Shown piece by piece: positions 1 to 9,054 of a stretch of 64,000 nt of DNA. Below the pieces are notes generated by a model. The model was given only the letters and a program-made list of their open reading frames with translations, was not told where the DNA came from and ran no database searches. The number at the start of each line of letters is the position of its first letter. The first letter of the stretch is position 1. A program made the translations under genes and the position numbers. Source of the stretch: an uncultured Candidatus Saccharibacteria bacterium (GTDB taxonomy: Bacteria > Patescibacteriota > Minisyncoccia > Minisyncoccales > Staskawiczbacteraceae); assembly GCA_964427585.1 (NCBI GenBank), contig CAYRVC010000004.1, positions 163 to 64,162 on the forward strand, written 5' to 3'.

Positions 1-781
1 GGCGCTCCATGTCAGAAGGATCAAAATGTATTACGTCGTCCACCCTGGTTTTTGGGATATTTTCCAAAACTGATTCCACAAGTTCTCCGTGCGGATCCAA
101 AACGCACACGCCGTAACCATTTTGAATATCCTGAATCGCGAGATTGGAAATGAGCACCGACTTACCGCTTCCGGAGCGGCCGATCACGTACAAATGGCGC
201 CGGCGGTCTTCTTTTTTAATGCGAACCGTTCGTTCTATGCCGCGGAAGTTTGTCTTTCCAAGAACAGCCCCTTGTTCCGGAAGATTGTGCGGGGGACTCG
301 CGCGTTTTGCGGTTTGCCAGACAATATTCGGCGTATCGGTTCCTGGAAACGGCGGATGCCATAAACCTGCAAGTTCTTCTCCAGAAAGCGTAAACGACGA
401 TTTGCCGCGCGTGAAGGCGCGGAAGATGAAACGTGATATAACCGCGCCCCGCCCTCGCAAAATGCGAAAACCGTTTCCCTTCTGCCCTCCGTCAAACTGC
501 GCAAAAGAGTTTGCTATGTTATGCAAAAGGGCGTCCGCTCGCCCGGGAATCTCGGAGGAGGCAACAACGCGAATGTTCACGGCGTATCCGAGTTGTGATG
601 ATTTGTTTTCAATAGCTTTCACAATTTCTTCCTCAAGGGGAGAAAGCCGGTAATCCTTCTTTTTGTCCCAGTCCCTTCTCCCTAGTTCCTTGTCTTTTTT
701 TGACGAAGTTGTAAGACCGTACTCCGGTATGGAGATGAGGCCGTAGAGCCCTTTTTGTAAAAGAGAAAGCGGATTTTGGCA
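1..781 (-). CDS. P-loop NTPase fragment, VirD4/TraG/TraD-like (T4SS coupling-protein type). Runs off the window at position 1 and its 5' end is truncated (possible pseudogene).
   Basis: Hand translation of the minus strand; the frame is absent from the ORF track because it has no ATG and no stop in the window. It is open from 781 to 1 and reads ...SSQLGYAVNIRVVASSE...LSGEELAGLWHPP...HLYVIGRSGSGKSVLISNLAIQDIQNGYGVCVLDPHGELV.... Walker A GRSGSGKS lies at ~158-181. An in-frame stop sits at 782-784 and there is no Met codon upstream of the Walker A. Confidence 0.6.
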
Positions 782-1419
782 TTATTATGGACGGCGACAC
801 CGACAGGCTGGTTTTTATAGACGAAAAAGGCAGATTTATTCCAGCTGACATAACCCTGCTCTTGCTGGCAAGGGTTTTTTTGGCGAGAGAGCATGGGGCA
901 GGCATTGTTTATAATATCATCTGTTCAAAAATAGTGCCTGAAATGATTAGGGAATGGGGCGGCAGGCCTTTGATATCGAAAGTAGGTTATGTTAATATTT
1001 CAACAGTAATGAGAGAACAAAACGGCATTATGGGGGGCGAGCTTTCTTCCCATTATTCCTTTAGAGACAACGCTTTTGCAGATTCAGGCTTTATAGCTTT
1101 TGTAATTTTGCTTCAACTGTTATCAGATTCTGAAAAACCTCTTTCAGAAATAGTAAAACCATTTTATAAATATTTCAAATCAGCCGAGCTTAATTTTGAA
1201 ATTTCAGACAAAGAGGCAGTTTTAGAAAAGGTAAAACAGAAATATTCAAACGGAAAACAGGATTACCTAGACGGCGTAACGGTTGAATACGAAAATTGGT
1301 GGTTTAACATAAGACCGTCAAACACAGAGCCTTTATTGCGCCTTACCATTGAGGCAAACACGCCTGAAATTTTACAGGAAAAACAAAAAGAGTTAAGCAG
1401 TTTTATTTCAAATAGTTAA
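739..1419 (+). pseudogene. Phosphomannomutase/phosphoglucomutase, C-terminal ~45% only (N-terminal domains missing)
   Basis: The frame opens after the stop at 736-738 and reads ...VKEKADFGIIMDGDTDRLVFIDEKG..., the metal-binding DGDxDR loop that normally sits mid-protein. It continues through domains III-IV to ...IRPSNTEPLLRLTIEA. The listed ATG at 787 lies inside that loop. No upstream half exists, because the minus-strand ATPase fragment occupies that DNA. Confidence 0.65.
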
Positions 1420-1475
1420 TTCAATTTTTTTTGAAAAAGGTTGAATAAAATATAAAAATTAAAAATATAAAAATT

Positions 1476-2036
1476 ATGGCAATACCAATAGAAATGGGTC
1501 CAAGAGAAGAAGAAAATCCTGATGAAAATGAACAAATTTTTGAAGAAACAGAGGGTATAAAAATAAGAGACATTATAAATCATGGTGATAAAAAAATGAG
1601 AGTAATGGGTTATACTGCTCCGAAAGACAATCCTGGAAGAGCTTTTATGTTAGAGGAATTAAGTCCTGACGAATTAAAAAAATATCAGCAAAGAGAAGAG
1701 ATTATATCTGGCAAAGTAAAAAATCAAATTGAATCTAATCCCAATGCAATAGTTGATACAGATCAGGCAAGAAAATATTGGGGAAGATTATATGACGAAA
1801 CAGGGGATGGAGACAGAATGGATATGCAAATTAATGAAATTTATGCCAAAAGATATGAACAAGGCGCTCAAAATAATAGAGATAAAATATTGCTTGCCGA
1901 ACAAAAATTAAAATTTGCAAAAAATAAAGCAGAAGAGCAGGCGCTGCTCTCGCAAATAGAACAATTAAAAGACGACATATTATTTAATGAGAAAGAGGCG
2001 AATGCCAGCCGTGGTTATAATAACCCCAAAAAATAA
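1476..2036 (+). CDS. hypothetical acidic/coiled-coil protein
   Basis: 186-aa ORF with no antisense competitor, followed by a terminator hairpin. No recognisable motif. Confidence 0.5.
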   Translation: MAIPIEMGPREEENPDENEQIFEETEGIKIRDIINHGDKKMRVMGYTAPKDNPGRAFMLEELSPDELKKYQQREEIISGKVKNQIESNPNAIVDTDQARKYWGRLYDETGDGDRMDMQINEIYAKRYEQGAQNNRDKILLAEQKLKFAKNKAEEQALLSQIEQLKDDILFNEKEANASRGYNNPKK

Positions 2037-2050
2037 TCGTAATCAACAAA

Positions 2051-2083
2051 AACAACCCTCAATAATTTTGGGGGTTGTTTTTT
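2051..2083 (+). terminator. rho-independent terminator-like hairpin
   Basis: aacaaccc / gggttgtt stem followed by a T-run, directly after the stop of ORF 1476-2036. Confidence 0.5.
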
Positions 2084-2153
2084 AATAATTTCGGTTGAAA
2101 TCCCCGTCCATTAGGGTGGGGAGGTTGATTCATATGTTTTCAATTTTTTTGGT

Positions 2154-2189
2154 TTACCTCAGTGCAAGCGATCGCTTGCACTGAGGTAA
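2154..2189. repeat. perfect 36-nt palindrome TTACCTCAGTGCAAGCGA|TCGCTTGCACTGAGGTAA
   Basis: Read directly from the sequence. The core is GCGATCGC. It lies 24 nt upstream of the PaaX-like gene. Confidence 0.85.
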
Positions 2190-2212
2190 TGTTATTTTGT
2201 ATAATATAATTA

Positions 2213-2785
2213 ATGAAAGGAAGATATAGCATAATTACAAAGGAAATTATTTTTATGCTGGCTTTGGCCGGCATAGTTGTTGTTGCCGCCACTTCGCCAT
2301 ATTTTTTAATAAATATAGCGAGAGCTATTATAAAAAATAAAAAATATAGTAAAAATAAAGATAATGAACAAAAAATAATTAGATCGCTAAGAAGGTTGAA
2401 GGATAATCATATTGTTATTATAAAAGAAAAAAGTGATGGAAAGTTTGTGATAGAGCTTACAGAGAAGGGGAGGAAAAAGGTTGAAGAAATCCAGCTTGAG
2501 AATATGGAAATCAAAAAGCCGAAAGTTTGGGACGGAAAATGGCGCATAATAGCCTTTGATATTCCAGAAAAACAAAAAAAGAGGGCAAGAGACGCTTTAA
2601 GAAAAAAATTACAGAAGTTAAAATTTTATCAAATGCAAAAAAGCGTCTGGGTTTGCCCTTATCCTTGTGAAAAAGAAATTCAATTTTTGTGTGAACTTTT
2701 TGAAATAAATCAATTTGTTAATATTATCAGCGCAGATAAAATACAAGATGATATTAAATTAAAGAAGAGCTTTGGTTTATTATAA
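2213..2785 (+). CDS. PaaX-family / Cas2-like-domain putative transcriptional regulator with an N-terminal TM segment
   Basis: WDGKWRIIAFDIPEKQKKRARDALRKKLQKLKFYQMQKSVWVCP matches the PaaX/Cas2-like ferredoxin-fold signature. The N-terminus is hydrophobic. Confidence 0.6.
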   Translation: MKGRYSIITKEIIFMLALAGIVVVAATSPYFLINIARAIIKNKKYSKNKDNEQKIIRSLRRLKDNHIVIIKEKSDGKFVIELTEKGRKKVEEIQLENMEIKKPKVWDGKWRIIAFDIPEKQKKRARDALRKKLQKLKFYQMQKSVWVCPYPCEKEIQFLCELFEINQFVNIISADKIQDDIKLKKSFGLL

Positions 2786-2812
2786 AAATCAGGTCATTAT
2801 AAAAATCAAGCA

Positions 2813-2848
2813 TTACCTCAAAATAAGCGATCGCTTGTTATGAGGTAA
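2813..2848. repeat. imperfect copy (2 mismatches) of the 36-nt palindrome: TTACCTCAAAATAAGCGA|TCGCTTGTTATGAGGTAA
   Basis: It has the same TTACCTCA...AAGCGATCGCTT...TGAGGTAA frame as 2154-2189 and lies 28 nt downstream of the same gene. Confidence 0.8.
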
Positions 2849-2863
2849 TTTTTAAAATTTTTA

Positions 2864-2896
2864 AAACCGCCCATTATGATTGAGCGGTTTTTTTTG
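2864..2896. terminator. bidirectional terminator-like hairpin between convergent genes
   Basis: aaaccgc ... gcggttt stem with an A-run upstream and a T-run downstream. It lies between ORF 2213-2785 (+) and trpS (-). Confidence 0.45.
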
Positions 2897-2918
2897 TTAT
2901 GTGTTTCAGTTTTATGTT

Positions 2919-3899
2919 TTACGATAAAAGGCCCATTTTTGAGCGGACTTCCTGCATTGTGGCATGGGCGATGGTTTGGGCTCTTGATTTGCCTTTATTT
3001 AAAATTTCTTTTACATAAACTTCTCTTGATAAAAGCTCTTTTTGTTTTCTGCGGAAAGGCTCTAAATAATCTATAACCACTTTTGCCAAAGATTTTTTGA
3101 AATCAGCGTAGCCCTTGTTTTTAAACTGCTTCTCAATGTTCGGGACAGGCTGGCCGGTTAACAGGCTGTAAATAGTCAAGAGATTTGATATGCCAGGCTT
3201 TTTTGTTGCGTTATATATGACTCCTTTGCCGGAATCCGTGGCAGATGACATTATTTTTTTCTGTATATTCTCCGGTGTCTCAAAAAGAGAAATATAGCCT
3301 TTTGGGTCTTCCGATTTCGACATTTTTTTCTTCGGATTCTGGAGGCTCATTATCTTGGCTCCGGAATCCGGCATCAGGGTTTCTGGTTCTTTAAATACTT
3401 GCCCGAATTTTTGGTTAAATTTTCTGGCAATGCTCCTGGCTAATTCCACATGCTGTTCCTGGTCTTTGCCAACCGGCACTCCTTCTGTTTTATAAAGCAG
3501 GATATCTGAGGCCATTAAAACAGGATAATTTAAAAGCCCGGCGTTCACGTATTCAGGATGCTTTTTTGATTTTTCCTTGAACTGAGTCATTCGCTGGAGC
3601 TCGCCTATGGGCGTTATGGTGTTTAAAAGCCATGAGAGTTCCGCATGTTCTTTTATTTCAGACTGCACGAAAATAATGGAATTTTCCGGATTGACTCCCG
3701 CGGCCAAATAAATGCTGGCCGCGTCAAAAATATTTTTTTGCATTTCCTCTGCCTGGTAGGGAGTGGTGATGGCGTGCAAATCAACGATGCAAAAAACACA
3801 CTCGTTTTTTTCCTGGAGGGCTATCCATTGCTTGATTGCCCCAAGATAGTTTCCGATATGTATATCGCCCGTAGGCCTGATGCCTGAAAAAATTCTCAT
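2919..3899 (-). CDS. trpS: tryptophan--tRNA ligase
   Basis: 326 aa with class I HIGH-type motif (GDIHIGNYLG) and KMSKS. Length and sequence are typical of TrpRS. Confidence 0.92.
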   Translation of the reverse strand: MRIFSGIRPTGDIHIGNYLGAIKQWIALQEKNECVFCIVDLHAITTPYQAEEMQKNIFDAASIYLAAGVNPENSIIFVQSEIKEHAELSWLLNTITPIGELQRMTQFKEKSKKHPEYVNAGLLNYPVLMASDILLYKTEGVPVGKDQEQHVELARSIARKFNQKFGQVFKEPETLMPDSGAKIMSLQNPKKKMSKSEDPKGYISLFETPENIQKKIMSSATDSGKGVIYNATKKPGISNLLTIYSLLTGQPVPNIEKQFKNKGYADFKKSLAKVVIDYLEPFRRKQKELLSREVYVKEILNKGKSRAQTIAHATMQEVRSKMGLLS

Positions 3900-3905
3900 A
3901 TTTAT

Positions 3906-5609
3906 TTAAACTTCAATTACCACCGGCAGTATCATCGGCCTTCTTTCCGTTTTTGCGTGCAGAAAGTCTCCGATTTTATTCCTTAGCTCGTCTTTGACAT
4001 AAACCCAGTTGACCGCTCCGCCGCGGACAGTTGATTTTTCCACTATTTCAATCACCTTTTTTCTGGTTTGGGCCAGCAATTCCTTGGATTCCCTTAAATA
4101 TACGAACCCTCTGGATATTATGTCGGGGGAGCCTTTTACCCGGCCCGTTTGTTTGTCTATTATGGCTATTATAACAAACATCCCGTCGTTTGACAGCATT
4201 TGGCGGTCCCTTAAAACTATTTCTCCTATGTCTCCCACGCCCAGGCCGTCAACAAAAATGTAGTTGGTGGGCGCCTTGTCTTTTAAGACTTCAGTTCTAC
4301 CTTTGGTGAATTTTATTACAGACCCGTTGTCTGGCACGATGATTTTATTTTTTGGAAAGCCAGTTCCTTGGGCGATTTTAGCCGCTTCTTTTAAAATAAA
4401 ATGGTTTCCGTAAACGGGTATGAAATAGTCCGGTTTTACGTCTTTTATCATTTGTTTTATTCCGTCAATATTGCTGTGTCCGGAAACATGCACGTCTATT
4501 ATGTCTGAATGATAAACATTGTCTGAAACCCGGTAAAGATTAACCTTTAAGCGCTGGACAGTCCTTTCATTGCCGGGGATAACGGAAGAAGAAAATATAA
4601 CAGTATCTTCTTTTTTTATTTTAATGAATTTGTGATTCTCGGAAACTATCCTGGATAAAGCGGCCATTTCTTCACCCTGGGCCCCGGTGCAGATTATTAT
4701 AACTTTGTTGTCAGGATAATTTTTTATCCTGTCTATGGAAATAATGGTATCCTTTGGGATGTTTATATATCCCAGTCTCCTGGCTATTTCTATATTCAGT
4801 TTCATGGAAAATCCGTCTAAGGCCACTTTCCTCTGGGTTTTTGCCGCATAATCCAGTATCTGTTTTATTCTCTGTATTTGAGACGAGAAAGTGGCGATAA
4901 TGGTCCTGCCGGGCGCCTGGCTTATCAATTTGTACAGGTTTTTGAGCATTTCCTCTTCGGTGACTGATTGCTCGTCATTTAAGGCGCCTAAGGACTCTAA
5001 CATTAAAATAATGGGCCTTTTGAGCCTTGAAAGATGGGAGTAGTTTATTTCTTTTCTGCCAACGGAACTTTTTTCAATAGTCCAGTCGCCGGGATGCACG
5101 ATGGTGGCCAAAGGAGTTTTCAATATAACCCCGACCGCATCCATGATAGAGTGGTCAATCTGGAAAAAACTTAATTCAAAAGAGCCCAGGCTTATTTTTT
5201 GCTGGAGGTCTTTTACATAAATGGTTTTCAGTTTTTTGGCATTGCCGTGCCTGAGATCCTCTACGCGATGTTTTACCATTTCCAGGGTAAGAGGCCTTCC
5301 TATTATGGGGGGGTTTTTCAGTTGTTCCAATAATATGGGAGCCGCCCCTATATGGTCTAAATGCCCATGGGAGAAAATAACGGCCCGGATATTTTTTTCC
5401 TTGTTTTTCAGATATTCTGTGTTTGGAATCACATAATCAACGCCGGGCATGTCTTCCTCTGGAAACTGCAGACCCATATCCAGTATAACGATATCCTGGC
5501 CGTATTCAAAAACAGTCATATTCCTGCCCACTTCCTCGCACCCTCCCAGGGGAATTATTTTTAAGGAGGGTTCTTTCTGAATTATTCTATTAGATCTAAG
5601 TTTTAACAT
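3906..5609 (-). CDS. rnj: ribonuclease J (beta-CASP metallo-beta-lactamase RNase)
   Basis: 567 aa with an IIPLGGCEEVGRNMT N-terminus and the HGHLDHIG metal motif. Beta-CASP architecture. Confidence 0.9.
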   Translation of the reverse strand: MLKLRSNRIIQKEPSLKIIPLGGCEEVGRNMTVFEYGQDIVILDMGLQFPEEDMPGVDYVIPNTEYLKNKEKNIRAVIFSHGHLDHIGAAPILLEQLKNPPIIGRPLTLEMVKHRVEDLRHGNAKKLKTIYVKDLQQKISLGSFELSFFQIDHSIMDAVGVILKTPLATIVHPGDWTIEKSSVGRKEINYSHLSRLKRPIILMLESLGALNDEQSVTEEEMLKNLYKLISQAPGRTIIATFSSQIQRIKQILDYAAKTQRKVALDGFSMKLNIEIARRLGYINIPKDTIISIDRIKNYPDNKVIIICTGAQGEEMAALSRIVSENHKFIKIKKEDTVIFSSSVIPGNERTVQRLKVNLYRVSDNVYHSDIIDVHVSGHSNIDGIKQMIKDVKPDYFIPVYGNHFILKEAAKIAQGTGFPKNKIIVPDNGSVIKFTKGRTEVLKDKAPTNYIFVDGLGVGDIGEIVLRDRQMLSNDGMFVIIAIIDKQTGRVKGSPDIISRGFVYLRESKELLAQTRKKVIEIVEKSTVRGGAVNWVYVKDELRNKIGDFLHAKTERRPMILPVVIEV

Positions 5610-5633
5610 AATTTATGAGTTTTAATTTTTTTG

Positions 5634-5716
5634 TGCGGGTAGGAGGATTTGCACCCCCATGAGATTGCTCTCGCTGGCTCCTGAAGCCAGTGCGTCTGCT
5701 GTTCCGCCATACCCGC
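5634..5716 (-). tRNA. tRNA-Leu (anticodon CAG), class II with long variable arm
   Basis: Minus strand reads GCGGGTA..CTGGC-TTCAGGA-GCCAG..GAGAGCAATCTC..GGGGG-TGCAAAT-CCTCC-TACCCGC-A. The acceptor, anticodon and variable stems all pair. The T-loop is atypical (TGC instead of TTC). No CCA is encoded. Confidence 0.7.
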
Positions 5717-5720
5717 AATT

Positions 5721-6374
5721 TTAGTTTTTTAGAAATTCCAAGTTTTCCGGCGTTGATTTCAGCGGCTCTTCAAAGCGCAGAGGAGGAATGTTTTTATAGT
5801 TCTCGTTTTTAATCCACTTCGCCTCGCCGAAGCCCTTAGCGGAGGCGGGGCCTTCTTTAATATAATAATAACAAGCGCCGCGCAGTTTTTCGAAGAGAGA
5901 ATAGTCGCTTTTGCACCCTAAGGAAGTCCAGTCGCCTGTTTTTAAATTTTCATCAGCGGCATTGATTGTAATATGGCCGTAAAAAGCAGGAATTATAACG
6001 GCCTCTCCTTTTTTTGCCTTTACCGCATAAACATCTTCGACTGTTTCGTTATCTGTTTTTTGCATCAAATAAACGGCTTCTCCTTGAAGCACAATGTAGA
6101 TTTCTTTGAAATTTCCTATATGCACATGGCCCTTTGTTTTTACAAATTCGTCTCCCAGCATCCGGGGCGGAACAATTGTTATGTTATATTTCAGGCCGTT
6201 TTCTTCTTTTAACTGCCTGTACATGTAATATAACTCAAGATTAGGTGCTGTTTTCAGCCAGTTTTGGTCGTAAACTACTTCTTCCATATCGTTTAAATAT
6301 CTTACATCAGGTTTAAATTTTGACAGGTCTTCCGTTAAGCTCATTTTAACACTCTTTTTGTTTTTATATACCAA
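5721..6374 (-). CDS. cupin-type glucose-6-phosphate isomerase family protein
   Basis: The cupin core FVKTKGHVHIGNFKEIYIVLQGEAVYLMQ resembles archaeal-type cPGI. The true start is probably the internal Met at ~6344, abutting the upstream gene's stop. Confidence 0.55.
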   Translation of the reverse strand: MVYKNKKSVKMSLTEDLSKFKPDVRYLNDMEEVVYDQNWLKTAPNLELYYMYRQLKEENGLKYNITIVPPRMLGDEFVKTKGHVHIGNFKEIYIVLQGEAVYLMQKTDNETVEDVYAVKAKKGEAVIIPAFYGHITINAADENLKTGDWTSLGCKSDYSLFEKLRGACYYYIKEGPASAKGFGEAKWIKNENYKNIPPLRFEEPLKSTPENLEFLKN

Positions 6375-8365
6375 TCTGAAATATTAGAGAATCTTTTTGC
6401 CGGGTCGATTATTTTAGCCGTTTCTATCCCCTTCACTTTTTCTGAAACAATATAGACGAAATCATTGTTATACAAGAATACGGCTGGCGATTTTTCAATG
6501 ATTGTATTTTGCAATTTTTCGTATTTTTCTTTTTTTATTTCCTCCTCCGTGGTTTCCCTGGCTTCTTTTAAAAGCTGGTCTGCGTCTTTGCTCTGAAATC
6601 CTGAAAGGTTCAGCCCGGGGTCGTTTACTTGGGAAGAATGCCAGAAGGGATACAAATCCGGCAGGCCTCCCAAAGCCTCGCCGTAAAGCAGGGCATTATA
6701 ATTTCTTTCTTTTATCACTGATTTTATCTCTGATACTTCCTTTGTTTCTATTTCGACTGAAAAGCCTATTTTTTGCCAATGTTCTTTCAGTATTTCAGCG
6801 GTTTTAACCATCTGCGGCTGGTTTATGGTTGTAAGAGTGAATTTTAAGGGTTGGCTATTTTGCTGAGGGACGACGCATATCTCATTCAGTTTTTGCCTTG
6901 TCATTTTCCCTGTTTCTCCGGTAGGATCTTCTGAGGGCAGGTATTTTTTTTGAAATTCAGTCACTGCGTTTTCCGTGCCCTTGCCATAATTTCCTATGGT
7001 TTCTCCAGCCAGCAACTCTTTGAAGCTGTTGTCTGTGCGGGAAAGGCATCCTTGGAGTTCGGTCACTTCCTTTCCTTTGGAATTTGCTTTTAAATACGCC
7101 TTAAACTGGAAAGCCGGTTTTTTTTCATTTATTTTCGCCCTTTGCCCCGCGCCGTCATCTTTGAAGCCAGCTTTGTCTAAAAGCTCTTTTGCTTTTTCTG
7201 AATTAAATTCGTATTTAAGGGATGGCTGGCCGAAATTGAAAAAATCAGGCAGGATGGGCGAGTTGACGATTGAAATTTCATGAAGGCCGGAAGAATTTAT
7301 TTTTTTTGCAAGGTCTTCTTTATTTACGGAATAATTCAGGGCTTTCCTTATGTTTTCGTCTGAAAAAATATTTGCTCCGGTTGTTTTTTGCTGGCCGGAA
7401 TTTGAATTTAAAAACACGGCAAAATACCTTGGCAGTGACAGGAAATAACTTTTGAATCTTTCATTTTGGGACCACCCTTGGCGGACTCTTTCAGCATCAG
7501 CTGAATTTTCATCCAAATAACCAAGTCCGAATCCGTCGATAATTTTCTGATTCGCCGCCTTTATCAATTCTTCCTTGTTTTCAAAAAATTTGAAAGAAAT
7601 ATCGGATATATAAGGAACCTTGTTATAATATTTAGGGTTGGCTTTTAAATGGATGTTTTTTATAAAGCCGGTGTTTGTCTGCTCCAAACCCTCAAAGGCA
7701 TAGGGACCTGCTCCTATCGGCTGGAGGTTGTAATACGAAATAGTGAAGCTTTCGGGCGGAATATCCTCCCAGATGTGCTTTGGGATTATTTTTAAGGTGG
7801 CGTTTTCCAGGAAGGAATTATAAGAATTTTTCAAATAGAATTTTAAAGACCTGCCTGAAGTCTTTTCCATGTCAACGTCTATCCAGTTGGCCATTAAGGG
7901 GCTTTTATAATCTGAATTCTGGATTGTTTTTATGGTGAAGATAATATCGTCTGCTGAAAGCTGTTTGCCGTCGTGCCAGAAGAGGTTGTCTTTCAATATG
8001 AATTCGTAAATTTTACCGTCGTTTGAAATTTTATAATCTTTAACCAGGTCTTTTACGATTTTGCCGTTTTCATCGTAAGTCATCAGGCCGGAATAAATAA
8101 TGCCTATTAAAGCCCTGTCCACGTCATTGGTTTCCCCGTAAACGGGATTTATGAATCTGGGCTGGCCGATAATCCCTTCGGCAAAGAGAGAACCTGAAGC
8201 CGGAACAGCCTTGGTGATGTTTATATAAAAGCTAAAAGAGAGGAATATTAAAGATGCCAACGCCAGGCAAGAAAGAATAAAAAAGGTTATTTTTTCCTTC
8301 TTTCTCAATACCCTGAAAAATTGTTTCCATTGGGATAAGGTTGGCAGTTTTTTTGCGAAACTCAT
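6341..8365 (-). CDS. ABC transporter substrate-binding protein (family 5, peptide/nickel type) with an inserted peptidoglycan-binding-like module
   Basis: 674 aa with an N-terminal TM/signal anchor. It shows SBP_bac_5-like blocks (FINPVYGETNDVDRAL..., KANPKYYNKVPYISDISFKFF) and an insert GNYGKGTENAVTEFQKKYL...TGETGKMTRQKL. Confidence 0.75.
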   Translation of the reverse strand: MSFAKKLPTLSQWKQFFRVLRKKEKITFFILSCLALASLIFLSFSFYINITKAVPASGSLFAEGIIGQPRFINPVYGETNDVDRALIGIIYSGLMTYDENGKIVKDLVKDYKISNDGKIYEFILKDNLFWHDGKQLSADDIIFTIKTIQNSDYKSPLMANWIDVDMEKTSGRSLKFYLKNSYNSFLENATLKIIPKHIWEDIPPESFTISYYNLQPIGAGPYAFEGLEQTNTGFIKNIHLKANPKYYNKVPYISDISFKFFENKEELIKAANQKIIDGFGLGYLDENSADAERVRQGWSQNERFKSYFLSLPRYFAVFLNSNSGQQKTTGANIFSDENIRKALNYSVNKEDLAKKINSSGLHEISIVNSPILPDFFNFGQPSLKYEFNSEKAKELLDKAGFKDDGAGQRAKINEKKPAFQFKAYLKANSKGKEVTELQGCLSRTDNSFKELLAGETIGNYGKGTENAVTEFQKKYLPSEDPTGETGKMTRQKLNEICVVPQQNSQPLKFTLTTINQPQMVKTAEILKEHWQKIGFSVEIETKEVSEIKSVIKERNYNALLYGEALGGLPDLYPFWHSSQVNDPGLNLSGFQSKDADQLLKEARETTEEEIKKEKYEKLQNTIIEKSPAVFLYNNDFVYIVSEKVKGIETAKIIDPAKRFSNISDWYIKTKRVLK

Positions 8366-8368
8366 TTG

Positions 8369-8584
8369 TTATATTACGATATTTAAAATTCCGATGAGAA
8401 GAAAAATTGCCGCCGCGGCTATTGTGGCGTAGTGGATTTTTTTCTGCAGGCCCCTTTTGGTGGAATAAAATTCTCCTCCGCCGCCGAAAGAAGACCCCAA
8501 GGCCGCTCCCTTTTGCTGAATCACAATGAGAACGATTAAAGTTATGGAAACAAATATCTGGGCGTAAAGTAGATAAGTATTCAT
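8369..8584 (-). CDS. secG: preprotein translocase subunit SecG
   Basis: MNTYLLYAQIFVSITLIVLIVIQQKGAALGSSFGGGGEFYSTKRG... is a typical SecG. The start is taken at the internal Met; the ORF track extends to 8668. Confidence 0.8.
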   Translation of the reverse strand: MNTYLLYAQIFVSITLIVLIVIQQKGAALGSSFGGGGEFYSTKRGLQKKIHYATIAAAAIFLLIGILNIVI

Positions 8585-8976
8585 TATCCGTTGTTTTTTA
8601 ATAAAAATTTTTGAATAATAATATCTAAGGCAAAAATTATCAAAGTCGTGTATAAAAGGGGTAGCCACAGGGGAACTGACAGTTCCCTGAACATTTTATC
8701 CAAAAGCCATATCAAGAAGATATTTATCGCCAATCCGAAAATACCCAAAGTTATTATTCTTAAAGGCAGGGTGACGGTTTTTAGAACGGGTTTCAAAAAT
8801 AAGTTTATCAGGCCCAAAACGATTCCCAAAACCAAAAAAATCTGCCATTGGCCGGTTAAAATTATGCCGAATAAATTTGAATCAGGATACAGCTTTATTA
8901 AAACCCCGGGGACAACCAGGTGTGACAGCCAAAGCCCCAAACCAGCCGAAACCGAAAAAGAAATGAGCTTTTTCAT
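8584..8976 (-). CDS. 4-TM phage-holin-family (YvlD/PF04020-like) membrane protein
   Basis: 130 aa with four hydrophobic segments and LKPVLKTVTLPLRIITLGIFGLAINIFLIWLL. It is a paralogue of ORF 61031-61381. Confidence 0.7.
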   Translation of the reverse strand: MKKLISFSVSAGLGLWLSHLVVPGVLIKLYPDSNLFGIILTGQWQIFLVLGIVLGLINLFLKPVLKTVTLPLRIITLGIFGLAINIFLIWLLDKMFRELSVPLWLPLLYTTLIIFALDIIIQKFLLKNNG

Positions 8977-9054
8977 TTAATACCTTGAATTGCTACAAAG
9001 TCATAGTAGCAAATTTTTACCCTGATGGCAAGCCCCGGGAGTTAAAACATTTTC

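Noticed and set aside
89-653. Listed ORFs 89-364 (+), 144-653 (+) and 235-504 (-) as possible genes
   Set aside because: Their sequences are low-complexity and Arg/Pro/Ser-rich with no motifs. The same DNA read on the minus strand in another frame gives a continuous Walker-A ATPase, so these are antisense or alternative-frame artefacts of locally higher G+C.
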